A stretch of DNA of 64,000 bases from Octopus bimaculoides (GCF_001194135.2 NC_068990.1:73818072-73882071), one strand, 5' to 3'; counted from the stretch's first letter, positions 13,838 through 28,252 are shown. Numbers and translations: made by a program. Notes: a model not told the origin generated them from the letters alone.

Positions 13838-14379
13838 TATATATAGTACGCACCACAGTTATTCTGCTCCATCAATGTATTGAGAACTAACACATTGTTA
13901 ACACACTACTACCAACACACCAATACTACCAACATCATCCAGCTACACCTATGAGTGAAATGTAAATTTTATAACTTAGAAGCCTGTTATGTCACCTGAT
14001 GAGTTTTTTCATCACTGTGGGGTGTATTCGATTTCATTATATCGTTCCTCACCCACTAGGAAGCAGTGCAGAAGTATGTCGAAACGATTGTTGTGATAAA
14101 GTTTCCACTATGCTCTGTCTTTTGTATCAATCAGTTTGAAAATATTCAACATGCACTGATGAATTCCTAACTTAGATCCAATGACCAAGCTCCATTTACT
14201 GTAGATGACATCTGGTAGTGTGATAAGTAGTGAACGTGCTCTGCTGGGACACTATCAGGGACACACCCAAAATATAGTTTGGATGCTAAATGTTAAAATT
14301 TCATATCTAAACTTTAATTTTAGTATAGCCCCTGTGTAAGGATGACACAAATTCGTAAAGCATTCCATATTTTTTGCAG

Positions 14380-14710
14380 GTTCACACACATGGCTGTGTT
14401 GTAAGAAGCTTGCTTTCCAGCCACATGGTGCTGGGTTCAGTCCCACTGTGTGGAACCTTGGGCAAGCGTCTTTTACAATAGTCTTGGGCTAACCAAAGAA
14501 TTGTGAGTGGATTTGGTAGATGGAAACTGAAGGAAGCTCATTGTATATATATATAATTTTGGCAGGGGAGGCTCCCACAACCACTTGACAACTTAGCTGT
14601 TTGGCATAAAAGACCAATAGAATAAGTATGAGGCTTAGAAAAATAAGTACTATGGTTGATTTGATTGACTAAAAATTCTTCAAAGTAGTGCCCTAGCATG
14701 GCCACACTCA
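14380..14710 (+). mobile_element. tRNA-derived SINE, family A, degenerate
   Basis: tggctgtgttgtaagaagcttgc...gggttcagtcccactg...cttgggcaag...gatttggtagatggaaactga; matches copies at 56018 and 58177. Confidence 0.8.
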
Positions 14711-15179
14711 ATTAAGCCATCAACAACCTCTAAATTTAGTTCTCTCTATTTCTTTCTCTCTTATCTCTCTCTCTTTGTCTCTGTTTTGCACACATGCACA
14801 CAAATACATACACACACAAGCATACACATATAAGAACACATGTACACATACACACACACTCACACACACACACACATACACACACTCACACACACACATA
14901 TAAACGCACAAACACACGCACACCCACAGATATCAGCACATGAAGTTTTAAACCCCACCCCCAGTTTGGATTAACGAAAATTAAGAATTTTTCCATGCAG
15001 GTACTTAATTTATGCTTAAAGTTAACTTTTAACTTTTAGTAAAACACTCAAATGTTCTCCTAAAGCAAGGTTATAGTTATTTAACCCCAGGACAGACCAC
15101 ATTGACCAAGCAGATCAATGATGAATGACATTTTAGCAATGACACTTTCCATTTTTGTCTTGTTTAGGGAGGGAAGTAT

Positions 15180-15430
15180 TAACCTTATTTCACGTTGCTC
15201 CAGTTCACTCAGCTGTAGAAATGAGTTGCAACATCACTGGTGCCAAGCTATATTGGCCTTTGCCTTTCTCTTGGACAACATCGGTGGCATGGAGAGGGGA
15301 GGCTGGTATGGATGGGTGAATGCTGGTCTTTCGCAAACAACCTTATCCGGACTTGTGCCTTGGAGGGTAACTTTCTAGCTGCAATCCCATGGTCATTCAT
15401 GACCAAAGCGGAACCTTACCCTTTTTACCC
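15180..15430 (+). mobile_element. SINE family D, 5'-truncated
   Basis: tttcacgttgctccagttcactcagctgtagaaatgagttgc...gagggtaactttctag; also at 15462 and 20655. Confidence 0.8.
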
Positions 15431-15461
15431 TACACACACACACACACATACATATATATGA

Positions 15462-15760
15462 AGTAGTGAGTTCAATTCCTGGACTGGGCTGTGTGTTGTG
15501 TTCTTGAGCAAGACACTTTTATTTCACATGGCTCCAGTTCACTCAGCGGTAGAAAGAGTTGTGACGTCACTGGTGCCAAGCTGTATCAGCCATTGCCTTT
15601 CCCTTGGATAACATCGGTGGTATGGAGAGGGGAGGCTGGTATGCATGGGATGACTGCTGGTCTTCCGTAAACAAACTTGTTCTGACTTGTGCCTCAGAGG
15701 GTAACTTTCTAGATGCTATCCCATGGTTATTCATGATTGAAAGGTGTCTTTATCCTTTTT
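15462..15760 (+). mobile_element. SINE family D, tandem second copy
   Basis: gagttcaattcc B-box, then cttgagcaagacact (CORE-like) and the family D body. Confidence 0.8.
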
Positions 15761-16498
15761 TTTTCATGGACAGTATCTCTGAATCTTTCCAAAGCCTCTG
15801 TAGTCTGTGGGACAAGATCATTTTCAGACCAGAGACTTCACCTGAACTTCATACTTGCATTAGAGTGTACACCACTAAAAGTACCTAAGGTGCCAAGTAA
15901 TGGCATGTTCTTCCTTCTCTGATGTGGTTAGGTGTAATTTTAAGATTTTGGCTGCTATTTCTAACAGTTTGAACAACTACTTAGAAGAACTCCCAATGAT
16001 TAACCTATATCAAAACTGTATAGACTGAGGTGCTAAATAATGGTAGTAAACGTGGGCAACAAATTAAATTTATCACCTAATTATCCAATGTTTCTTTTAT
16101 AATGTAACTTGGTGTACTTTGAGGGGAATTTTGGCTGCTATTTCTAACAATTTGAACAGTCACATAGAAGAATTCTCTATGGCTTGCATTTATCAATACA
16201 GTGGTGCAAGATAGTGGTGAAAATCATGGTCAAGAGAATAATTTTAGTGCCTCATTATCTAAAGTATTCTTCTAGCGCAGATATGGTTTGGTGTGGTTTT
16301 TTACCCTTTAGCCTTCAGATTACTCTGTCAAATGTATTACTTACACTGTTTTGAATTAATTTTCATTATTTTGTACCTTCAAGATTTCAATAATAGGATT
16401 GTTTGTCTTTAGAATGTCGTTGCAAGGTAAATGTGAGAAACCAAATCTGAAAAATTTGAACGTAAAACAGGTAGAATGCTTCTACCTAATATGAGAAT

Positions 16499-17072
16499 CT
16501 ATGATTCTCAATCGGGATCCCTATGGCCCCTGAGGATCTAAGTAAGATTTTTGAGGGTCCACACAGCAAATTAGTAAATTGGGGATCCATAATTGTATTC
16601 AAAGGGTCCATGAAAAATATTTTGCTTTAAATGTATGTATTGGCATGTATTGTAAGAAATAGTTAGGTTCCTTTCTCTAAGATACATAGTTCAACCTACA
16701 CAAATTAACACTTTTAATACCAACCCACCTAAAGCCACCCTTGGCTATATCATGCAGACTCTGATTTTAAAGTAATTTAAGTTAAAATCTTCCAGAAAAT
16801 TTCAGGATAATTTATGTTCTAAACACCAATTTAATAGTGATGGTTATTTTGCGGGAATTTTTCATAATTTTTAAAATTAATCAAAACAAAGTTGGTATAT
16901 TTTAACAGAAATATGGTAACGAAAGGGTTTATGTACAAAAAACAAAATAGGAATTTTGAAAGAAGTATCTATAAAACTAGTTTGTAAACATCGAATGGCT
17001 ATGGGGTATCTGCCAGGATAAAACAGTAACCAAAGGGGTCCATAGATGAAAAAAAATTGTTGAGAACCCCTG
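16499..17072. mobile_element. hAT/Charlie-type MITE, middle element of the nest
   Basis: Ends ctatgattctcaatc ... gttgagaacccctg (CAGNGGTTCTCAAC-type TIR); no intact 8-bp TSD seen. Confidence 0.6.
16705..16931. mobile_element. piggyBac-type MITE, inner element of the nest
   Basis: Ends ttaacacttttaatacc ... ggtaacgaaagggttta, consistent with a decayed TTAACCCTTTCG(A/T)TACC TIR. Confidence 0.6.
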
Positions 17073-17666
17073 GTTTAAATGCTGAAGTGTTAAGGAAGAT
17101 TTTGACTGCTATTTCTGACAATTTGAACAACCACGTGGAAACTCTCTTCATGACTCACATATATCAATAGAGTAGGAAAAGGAGGGGGTGTATTTTGAAT
17201 TGTAACAATTAACGATTTAAGCTGATCTTGAAATTCTGCCTCAAAACTTGAAGTTAAACAAAAATTAAATAAAAATTTCATTGAAATCTATGTAAAAAAA
17301 ATTCGGCTTATTTGTTTTTTTCTTTTTAACTTAATTTGTTTAAGAGTCTAGATTTTAAACGCAAATTCTTATCCACTTAATTTTGGTATATGAAACACTT
17401 TACGAATTAAAATAATAAAATAAATAAAAGTACTAAAAGAAAACTTTGTAAGAAATTTCTAAACATAGTTTGAACCAATAATATCAGTCACTGAAGTTTG
17501 TTTGTATTTGCGTGTATATGTGTGTATGAGAGTGTGCACATATATGTATGTATATATATGTGCATTTGTATACATATATATATATATATAAACACACATA
17601 CAAATATATATATATATATATATGTGCATATATATATAAGTTCACAGGTGTATACATAGGTATGTA

Positions 17667-17702
<36 letters not shown>

Positions 17703-18202
17703 TATATATATATATCCACATCATGTACCCATCTTTCTTCCTTCATCCTTTCACCGACCACTCCATTCTGACAGTGATTTCCATCATTATCTACTTAACT
17801 GACAATGTATATTTCTATTTATCCATCAATTCAAACAAGTACACTTTACAGAAACACACATACACACACCTACACGCACCTACACACAGACACACACACA
17901 CACACACACACACACACCAACACAGAAGTGCACACAATCATATATTGGTTAATATTATTAGATTGATGTTAATACTGGTTAAGTTTAAAGATGAATTTAT
18001 CAAACATCAATGGTTCAATTAATGGTTATTTAGTCTTCATCAAATTATTTATAATTTTGGGTATTCAAATCAACTTAAATACAAAATACATACATACACA
18101 AACTACTTATGCATATATGTGTGTGTGTATTATATATATATATATATATGATTATATATGTTTATAGACATATTTTCATATACCTATATAAATACACACA
18201 CA

Positions 18203-18234
<32 letters not shown>

Positions 18235-18576
18235 TATATGAATAATTACGAAAACAAACAAATACAAACAAGCACATATACAAACATTAACCAGCTATCA
18301 ATCAAAACATTAAATAAATCTAAGAATATCGATATTATTGTCCAGCTTCTTTTCCTTATTTGAAACCTTATAGGATTATGTCAAATACCTGATTCCTCTT
18401 TAAGTAGAATACTTTTGTTAGCCTGCCACATTGTCCTCTTACATAATATATATTCATTTACAATATTAACAGATCGAAAAAACATTTTCCCTGCCCATTC
18501 TCTGCTTCTAATTTATTTCAGATATGTTGTTTTTTCTTTAATGTTATATATGCATATATGTATATATAAATATATT

Positions 18577-18663
<87 letters not shown>

Positions 18664-19555
18664 ATGTATATATGTATATGTATATTCATACAAATATAGA
18701 AGGTAATAAAAACTAGTGAAAATGGAAATTACCAAAGTTTCTTTTCTCGTTTTTAACTGCTTGATATATCTTGCTATATCATTTGTAATATAAAACATAT
18801 ATGTATATAAAAAAAAGCAAGAAAAATGCATTACATATAAATACGAAATATAAAAATAATTCACTTTTTGTGTTTGGCACTTACTTAGAGGTATATTGAT
18901 GTAAATAAAATAAATGTACATATTCATACATACACACATACATACATATATATATATATATATGTATATATGTATTTACAGAACGAATTCATATTCTTTT
19001 AAGACATTGTCCTTTAACAAAAAATCATGATAAATGGCTTATGAAAGTAAAACAATTTTTTTTTTATCATATATATTTTTTTATTCCCTTTCAAAGACTT
19101 CTCTCTAAGGACCCAGCATAATCTATTTTCCTTAATGATGTCTCCTAGTAGTATATTTTTTTCAAACCTATCAGTGCATTAGTCCCAATTACAGCCAAAA
19201 GCTTCGGAAATTTTTGCAAACCATTATTAATATATTTTTTTATCATTACAAATTTTTTTTTTATTATTTGGTTACATATATATATTTATTGCACAAAACA
19301 TATGACATTGACTATAAAAATTCTATATAAGCTATTCTTATAATGAATGTACAAAAAGGTGCTCTGACCATCCCAAAAGTTTTTAGTAACCAATTAGACA
19401 GGTTTTGCACAAACTATTATATCAATTCCAGCTGAACATTAAGAATGTTATCTATCTGAAATATTCTTGTGTAAAAATCTCTTTAATAGCTTCATCTGTT
19501 ATCTTTTCTGTTTTTTTTTTATGCAATCGGATTGTAGAAAATGTATAAATATGTG

Positions 19556-19589
<34 letters not shown>

Positions 19590-19607
19590 AAAACATATAA
19601 ACGCAGA

Positions 19608-19638
<31 letters not shown>

Positions 19639-19687
19639 CTGTGTGATTGTGTATCTCTATATATACACACATATGTACATATGTATG

Positions 19688-19718
<31 letters not shown>

Positions 19719-19719
19719 G

Positions 19720-19775
<56 letters not shown>

Positions 19776-20160
19776 GATAGATAGATAGACTGACTTATAT
19801 ATGTACATGTTGGTGACTGTGTATACATGCATATATGTGTACCTGCATAAGTGTACATCTACAAATGTGTACATGTGTGTATGTGTGTGTGAGAAGATAT
19901 ATAGCCTCATGGTTAGGATAGTGGGTTAATGCCCAGAAGGACAAGGGTTAATTTCTTAGACTGTGTAGCACGGTGAGTGTAGGCAAAGCCTTATTTCCTG
20001 TTGTTTCAGCCCAGTAAGCAGAAAATTATTCATATATGTTGTAGTAGGGTACCTCTTGAGACAATTAGCTCAAACTTTTGTAAAAAAAATATCAAAAGCT
20101 CTTCTTCATTATGGAAGATTGGAAGAAGATGATGATGATGATGATGATGATGATTATATG

Positions 20161-20197
<37 letters not shown>

Positions 20198-20404
20198 GCA
20201 CCCATACTATTTGAATCAGCACAAACACAGCATTAGGGTTAAGAAGTTTGCTTTACAACCAATTGGGTTTGACCCTACTGCATGGCAAGTTGGATAAATG
20301 TTTCTTGCTGTACTCTGGTTTGACCAAAGTCATGAAAATAGAAGATTTTTGGCCCAAAGTGCACTGAAAGCCATCGTAAATATCTCTCTGTATTATATAT
20401 TTAT

Positions 20405-20620
20405 TTAAGGTGATTAGCTGTCAGTATTGTTGGCATGCTGGACAAAATGCTTAGTTGCATTTCTTTGGCTTTGTGTTCTTAGTTCAAATTCTACCAAGGT
20501 TGCCTTTATTTTTCGTCCTTTTTGGGTTGATAAAATAAGTACCGTTGGAACACTGGAGTCGATGTAATCGTCTTATCTACTTCCCTAAAATTGCTGGCCT
20601 TGTGCAAAAATTTTAAAGCA
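20405..20620 (+). mobile_element. SINE family B
   Basis: ttagctgtcag...agttcaaattctaccaaggttgcctt...ggagtcgatgtaatcg. Confidence 0.75.
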
Positions 20621-20654
20621 TTATATATATGTATGTATGTATATATATGTGTTG

Positions 20655-20965
20655 TGTGAAGGCACATGGTGCAGTGGTTAGATCGTCGAGCTTACGATCG
20701 TGCGGTGCAGTTGTGTTCTTCAGGAAGACACTTTATTTCACGTTGCTCCAGTTCACTCAGCTGTAGAAGTGAGTTGCGACGTCACAGGTGCCAAGCTGTA
20801 TCGGCCTTTGCCTTTCCCTTGGATAACATCTGTGGAATGGAGAGGGGAGGCTGGTATGCATGGGCGACTGTTGGTCTTTCATAAAAAACCTTACTCGGAC
20901 TTGTGCCTGGGAGGGTAACTTTCTAGGTGCAATCCCATGGTCAGTCATGACCGAAGGGAGTCACC
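20655..20965 (+). mobile_element. SINE family D with tRNA-like head
   Basis: A-box-like tggtgcagtgg, then the family D body. Confidence 0.85.
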
Positions 20966-20980
20966 TTTTTTTCATCCATG

Positions 20981-21017
<37 letters not shown>

Positions 21018-21758
21018 CATCATCGTCATCATCATCATTTAACGTTCGTTGTCCATGCTGGCATTGGTTGGACGGTTTAACCAGTGCTGGCATGCTGGAA
21101 GGTTAGATAGTTCAAATTTCTGGAAAACATAAGACGAAGACAGGTGAGGGAACAACAAAAAGGTNNNNNNNNNNNNNNNNNNNNNNNNNNNNNNNNNNNN
21201 NNNNNNNNNNNNNNNNNNNNNNNNNNNNNNNNNNNNNNNNNNNNNNNNNNNNNNNNNNNNNNNNNNNNNNNNNNNNNNNNNNNNNNNNNNNNNNNNNNNN
21301 NNNNNNNNNNNNNNNNNNNNNNNNNNNNNNNNNNNNNNNNNNNNNNNNNNNNNNNNNNNNNNNNNNNNNNNNNNNNNNNNNNNNNNNNNNNNNNNNNNNN
21401 NNNNNNNNNNNNNNNNNNNNNNNNNNNNNNNNNNNNNNNNNNNNNNNNNNNNNNNNNNNNNNNNNNNNNNNNNNNNNNNNNNNNNNNNNNNNNNNNNNNN
21501 NNNNNNNNNNNNNNNNNNNNNNNNNNNNNNNNNNNNNNNNNNNNNNNNNNNNNNNNNNNNNNNNNNNNNNNNNNNNNNNNNNNNNNNNNNNNNNNNNNNN
21601 NNNNNNNNNNNNNNNNNNNNNNNNNNNNNNNNNNNNNNNNNNNNNNNNNNNNNNNNNNNNNNNNNNNNNNNNNNNNNNNNNNNNNNNNNNNNNNNNNNNN
21701 NNNNNNNNNNNNNNNNNNNNNNNNNNNNNNNNNNNNNNNNNNNNNNNNNNNNNNNNNN

Positions 21759-21826
<68 letters not shown>

Positions 21827-22065
21827 TAAATCTAATGAGAAACAAGTTAGGCAAGTCGATTTACGCAGAATATTAAATAAATTTAATAGAAAAAATGTAC
21901 ACATGTACTGATATAAAATAGTCTGACTTACAGAATATAAACGATATCAGGAGTTAAATGGATAGAGTTTTACGACTCCTAGAGCTATTTCTGGGGGCTT
22001 GGTGGTCTGGAATGATGATGGTTACTTGGATCCATTATTGGATAACACCACCTCCGTCTTCAGGG

Positions 22066-22126
22066 GAGAATTTTACATTGGAGAATTTTACATTGGAGAA
22101 TTTTACATTGGAGAATTTTACATTGG
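22066..22126. repeat. 15-bp minisatellite (GAGAATTTTACATTG)n running into a gap
   Basis: Four exact copies before the N-run. Confidence 0.95.
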
Positions 22127-23070
22127 NNNNNNNNNNNNNNNNNNNNNNNNNNNNNNNNNNNNNNNNNNNNNNNNNNNNNNNNNNNNNNNNNNNNNNNNNN
22201 NNNNNNNNNNNNNNNNNNNNNNNNNNNNNNNNNNNNNNNNNNNNNNNNNNNNNNNNNNNNNNNNNNNNNNNNNNNNNNNNNNNNNNNNNNNNNNNNNNNN
22301 NNNNNNNNNNNNNNNNNNNNNNNNNNNNNNNNNNNNNNNNNNNNNNNNNNNNNNNNNNNNNNNNNNNNNNNNNNNNNNNNNNNNNNNNNNNNNNNNNNNN
22401 NNNNNNNNNNNNNNNNNNNNNNNNNNNNNNNNNNNNNNNNNNNNNNNNNNNNNNNNNNNNNNNNNNNNNNNNNNNNNNNNNNNNNNNNNNNNNNNNNNNN
22501 NNNNNNNNNNNNNNNNNNNNNNNNNNNNNNNNNNNNNNNNNNNNNNNNNNNNNNNNNNNNNNNNNNNNNNNNNNNNNNNNNNNNNNNNNNNNNNNNNNNN
22601 NNNNNNNNNNNNNNNNNNNNNNNNNNNNNNNNNNNNNNNNNNNNNNNNNNNNNNNNNNNNNNNNNNNNNNNNNNNNNNNNNNNNNNNNNNNNNNNNNNNN
22701 NNNNNNNNNNNNNNNNNNNNNNNNNNNNNNNNNNNNNNNNNNNNNNNNNNNNNNNNNNNNNNNNNNNNNNNNNNNNNNNNNNNNNNNNNNNNNNNNNNNN
22801 NNNNNNNNNNNNNNNNNNNNNNNNNNNNNNNNNNNNNNNNNNNNNNNNNNNNNNNNNNNNNNNNNNNNNNNNNNNNNNNNNNNNNNNNNNNNNNNNNNNN
22901 NNNNNNNNNNNNNNNNNNNNNNNNNNNNNNNNNNNNNNNNNNNNNNNNNNNNNNNNNNNNNNNNNNNNNNNNNNNNNNNNNNNNNNNNNNNNNNNNNNNN
23001 NNNNNNNNNNNNNNNNNNNNNNNNNNNNNNNNNNNNNNNNNNNNNNNNNNNNNNNNNNNNNNNNNNNNNN

Positions 23071-23125
<55 letters not shown>

Positions 23126-25577
23126 ATATATATATATATGTATATATATACATATATGTACACACACACACATACATGTATGTATGTATGTATGTATGTA
23201 TACATGGACATAAACTCTCTCTCGCACACACATTCATACATTTGTACACTCGCATATATACATGTAGTGTCACTAACACTCTCACACCAGCACAGAAGGG
23301 AAAGGGACATATTCCTTTTATGCACGATTAACCATTGTAGAAAATGTGAATGAAATACAGTGAAATCAAATAAAATAAGAATGCAAAGAAGGAAATATCT
23401 ACAATCACAAAGGCATGTGTGAAATTACAAAAGATGGTATATTGAGAGTTTATAGAAGATCACCTCGTGAATGTATTTCTAAGTGCACCAGAAAAATAAA
23501 ATAAAAAGTATAGTTATTAAGTAAAGTTATTTAGCGGTGTTGTGAAAATGTTTATGGTTTATAATGTTTATGATTTATGTCTAAAATACAGGCGCTACTT
23601 CGTGGGTGAATCTAAAAGGACACATTGCTGTAGCATAGTATGGGGCATGCTGTGTGCAGACTGCACAAAGTGACCACTTTATATATAAGTGTTTGTTGTA
23701 TTGAAAAGTATGCAACGTTTTACGGAAAGGTGTAGCCAATATTTCTACTACAAACAGAGGCCAAAACCTATGATATGCCACTGGGAGCTGTAGGTAATTA
23801 CTTGTACTTTAGATAACGTAAGCCTCACATGCTTGATGATGAATGAATATCAAAATTGTACAGAAATACTGAAAACAAAGTTGGCTGGTTGCACAGAAAA
23901 GACAACAAATACAGTAAATTTATTAGAATTTGAACGATTGTTATTTCTAGATTTCCCAACAATATTATATAGACCTGCTCATCTATATGGTGAGATAATT
24001 ATTATTTAAATATTATAACACAATTGTTAATGTATTACATCAAAAACTCACATTATCTCATGTGTTATATAAAAATAGAAGTTCGCATTTTATATAAAAC
24101 AGGACAATACATAAATACTTTTGCAGAAATATGTTGCACAAATGTTTGTATATCAATGTTCATTAAGTGATTCATTTATACAAAAAGTGTTCTCAAGTAT
24201 GTGAATTATAGTTTTTTTAAGAGTTGCTGTGTGATGCAAATAGCTATTACTGTGATGCAGGATGGGGGAGTATAATACTTAAAAAAAAAATGACAAGAAA
24301 ATTGGTAATGCATTGGAATTTCATATAATTTTGAAAGGCCTTCTATCAAAACACGATGGCATGTAAAAGCTGTCTATAGAAAAACGCTTGTAACAATTGT
24401 CTCTCTCTTTTTATAGCACTCTGCATTGAGAATAATCCTTTTCTTGAATAATCTTCTGTATTGTAGTGGGAGTAGTACAGAATATTCAATGCAATAAACA
24501 GATGGTTCAAATCCTTATCATGAAACAATTTTCAACCAAAAGAAAGCAGTTTCATAGTGACACAACTTTTTTGCTTTTTACAATGTAGCAAGTGGCTTTT
24601 GCCTTTTCCACTTTAGCAATTTCTTTGATATAATGCTACTGTAATTAATTCTAAGTCAACAAACAGGTGTGTTGCCGTCAATATTTACTTAAATAAACCA
24701 CAACAATGTGTCGGTCCGTGTTCATACTGTTTGCAATTTGATATGACTTGCTCCAGAAGTAATAACTTTTCTTCTGGTACACCTGTTGCATAAATATAAT
24801 CTCTGTGTACACGTATTTACCAAGGTACAAGCAAGGGATCTTCAGATTGTACTGAAATTCCCTAAAATAGTTTCTGCTCCAGATGATGTCTTGGAATATT
24901 ATGAAATATTAATGCTTTCTAAACATCATAGACACTTGACAAAACTACTGGAACAGCGCTTGTGGAAACTTCTCATTTCAGTCAGTTTGATTCCATCTGA
25001 TTGAATTAAAGGATATTTATACTCTATTTTGTTATTGTCTTTGTCAACGGCGTTGAGGACAAATACTCTGGCATTTTATAGACAAGAAACAAGTGTCAAA
25101 CATTTCCACTGTATCTACACATACATATTGTTACAAAACACAAATACATCAAGCATCAAATCTCAAACAAATCATCACATTCGTACAACTACTTTGCATG
25201 CACAACATAGTTTTGAGTCTACTTGTCGGTCAGACGGAATTTACTGAGGCAAATTTTCTATGGTTGGATGCCCATTATGTTACCAATTCTCAATAATTTG
25301 TAATCATAGTAATACATTCTATGGACAGGCATATTTTTTATGGAAAACTGGAAATGTAAGATATCATTTGGACGACAGTGCTGCTCGTTTACAAACATCA
25401 TGTCGATTTCAAGACATGGGGCCATAAAACGCACACACACACGCACGCACACACATACACACACACACGCACGCACACGCGCGCACGCAAATAAGCTAAA
25501 GAGTAAATAAACAACAATGCTATGGAAACGTACGTAGCATAATTTGGGCATCTCCATTCATATTCTATTATCATATA

Positions 25578-26470
25578 TATGAGTTGTCAGCTAAATTTGT
25601 TCATTTCTTTCCAATATTATTTGGATTAATGTGAAAAATATTTTTATCGTAATATTTTGTGATTTTTCTTCTGTATTTTTTTTTGTTTTGTTTTTGTACT
25701 TTTCTGTAGTGCATTTCTTCCTTCGCAACTATTGTTTATGGTTTTTGAAATTTGAATAAATATTATCATTTTCAGATGAATAATGATAGAATGCCAAGAA
25801 GAAAAAATGAGCATTTTCAACACCTGCTTCTCTTCACTTTAAATCAAGATTCCAAAGCTGTCCAAGCTGCTTTAAACATTTGTGCTGTGTATGGAGAAGC
25901 GCTATTACAAGAAGAGCCGGAAAGAAATAACTTTCATGATTCAAAGCGAGGAAATTCGACCTCACAGACTTCGTGCTTTGGCGAACCTGCTCAGTTTAAT
26001 GAGGAGTGATCGAATGAGCTCATCCACGACGAACCACGTCATTCCACTAAAGAAGTGGGCCAGCAAATGAGATGCTCTCGTGATACCGTCACCCATCACC
26101 TTCTCTCAAAAATTTACTGCATGGGTGCCACGCGCTCCGAACGAAAGCGACAAACTCCAGTTCCTCTATCACCATTCATTTGTTGACTTGATAGCAGACA
26201 ACTCATGGTAACAGGTAGAAAATTACTGACAATAAAAAATAGTGTCATTTCCTCAATATGAAACAGAGCAAAGAATGATAGAGTCCCAACAAGCAAGAGA
26301 CATCTTGAGCCAAGCCAAAGCTGCATCTGCACAAAACAACGAACTAAGTTTATTGGGATTGGTAAGACTAATCCTCTACAAAAGCTTGAAGAGCGCAGAG
26401 AGCCAAATTCATTTCTACGTGCCTGATGAGTTAGGTTTGTTTTGTAAGACTTCGAAACTTTAGCTGCACA
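25578..26470 (+). pseudogene. Decayed mariner transposase, N-terminal half
   Basis: KNEHFQHLLLF, NICAVYGE, KRGNFDL, WVPRAP (for WVPHEL), VTG(DE)K-like; many frameshifts. Confidence 0.8.
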
Positions 26471-27472
26471 GAGAAAAATCAGTTATTGAATAATACATGT
26501 AACTCTTGTCAAATGTGTTGAGTGAGTGCCACTCTCTTTCGTTTGTACACTTACTCGTATGTGTGAATACACACACACATCCTCACATACACTCACACAC
26601 ACGCACACACACGTACATGCAAACATACATCATAAATACAGGCATACGTATATATGTACGTATTGTACATATGTACAGGCATACGTATATATGTACGTAT
26701 ATATGTACATATATATGTACATATTGTATATAATACAATATAAACATGTTTTCTTTTCTTGATTGTTGTTTGAATGTTTATTTCAGGTGGTCACTCATTC
26801 AGAGGAATGACAACCATCTTCTCCAATATCTATGTCTTGTACAGTTATTTGCTTTTTAAATGCTAGATCCTTATTTAACCAGATNNNNNNNNNNNNNNNN
26901 NNNNNNNNNNNNNNNNNNNNNNNNNNNNNNNNNNNNNNNNNNNNNNNNNNNNNNNNNNNNNNNNNNNNNNNNNNNNNNNNNNNNNNNNNNNNNNNNNNNN
27001 NNNNNNNNNNNNNNNNNNNCATACTAAAGGTGTCATCTTCCTTCTTTATTTTTTTCACCACATGTTCTGAGTATAGATGTATATATGTATGTATGTTGGT
27101 ATATATATTTTGTATGCATGTTAGCCTGAACGTATGTTTACCTATAGAGTAACCTATATGTTTACATATATGTAAATATGTACTTTTGCCTATACATATA
27201 TATATATGAACATTTACATACATATAGTTAGATATAGATATACATGTATGCATATATATTATATATATGTATATGTGTGTGTTTGTGTGTGTGTGTGTGC
27301 GTGTGTGTGTGTAGGGAGATAGATAACTATAACCATACACACACACACACACTCACTCACACAGATATATGTTTGCTTCTGTTTATATGTATATACATTT
27401 AACTAGGCATTGATATATGGATGTATGGAAATATACATACATGTACATACATATGTATATATGTATATACAT

Positions 27473-27523
<51 letters not shown>

Positions 27524-28252
27524 TGTATAATACATTCCTTCAGCATAGTCATGTTGTATGTATGCATATAATTTCATAAAAGATCTAGGTCTTTAGAATG
27601 GATATTTGTGTCTTGATATTAATAAGAAAAGATAATTTTTTGTTAAAAATGCATTCTAATATTTGTTAGATCAAAAAGATATCTAATTTTGTGAAGAATT
27701 AAATTAAATAAGTCAAACTAAAATTTGAAGAAAAAAAACTAAAAATTTAAAAAAGATATAAAAATAGAAATAAATAAATAAACTCTATTAAGAACAAGGC
27801 AGGAAATCAATATAACTTATGAATGCAAATTTTTATCAAGTGTGCACCTATAAATTTTCACGTAGCTTTGCATCTATCTATCTATGCATATTTTACATCA
27901 ACACATATATGAGGATACATACAAACATTTAATAAAGATACATATCATGTATATATTTATATTTCATGTAAATGCAAATAGAGATGCGCGTATTTTTTTT
28001 ATGTATCAGTGTCTATTTATATGAATGTATCTGTGTGCATTTGTGTATTAATGTGTTTACGAATTGTATGAATTGTCAGCATTTTAAATCAAATGATATT
28101 CAAGTCATATTTGACTTAAAATCAAAGTCCGACAACATAAACTATTTTTGTTATTGTTGAAAAATTTATATTTAATTTCCATCTTTAGCTTCTTGGTAAA
28201 TTTACACTCTATTTGATATACATACATACACACATACATATATATACATACA

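Larger units (their letters stand above)
16300..17093. mobile_element. piggyBac-type MITE, outer element of a nest
   Basis: Ends tttacccttta(g)c ... gctgaagtgttaa match decayed TTAA-CCCTTTAGC termini. Confidence 0.55.

Noticed and set aside
26424-26460. CTGATGAG...CGAAAC hammerhead-like match
   Set aside because: Helix II cannot pair beyond one G-C, and it lies within mariner debris.
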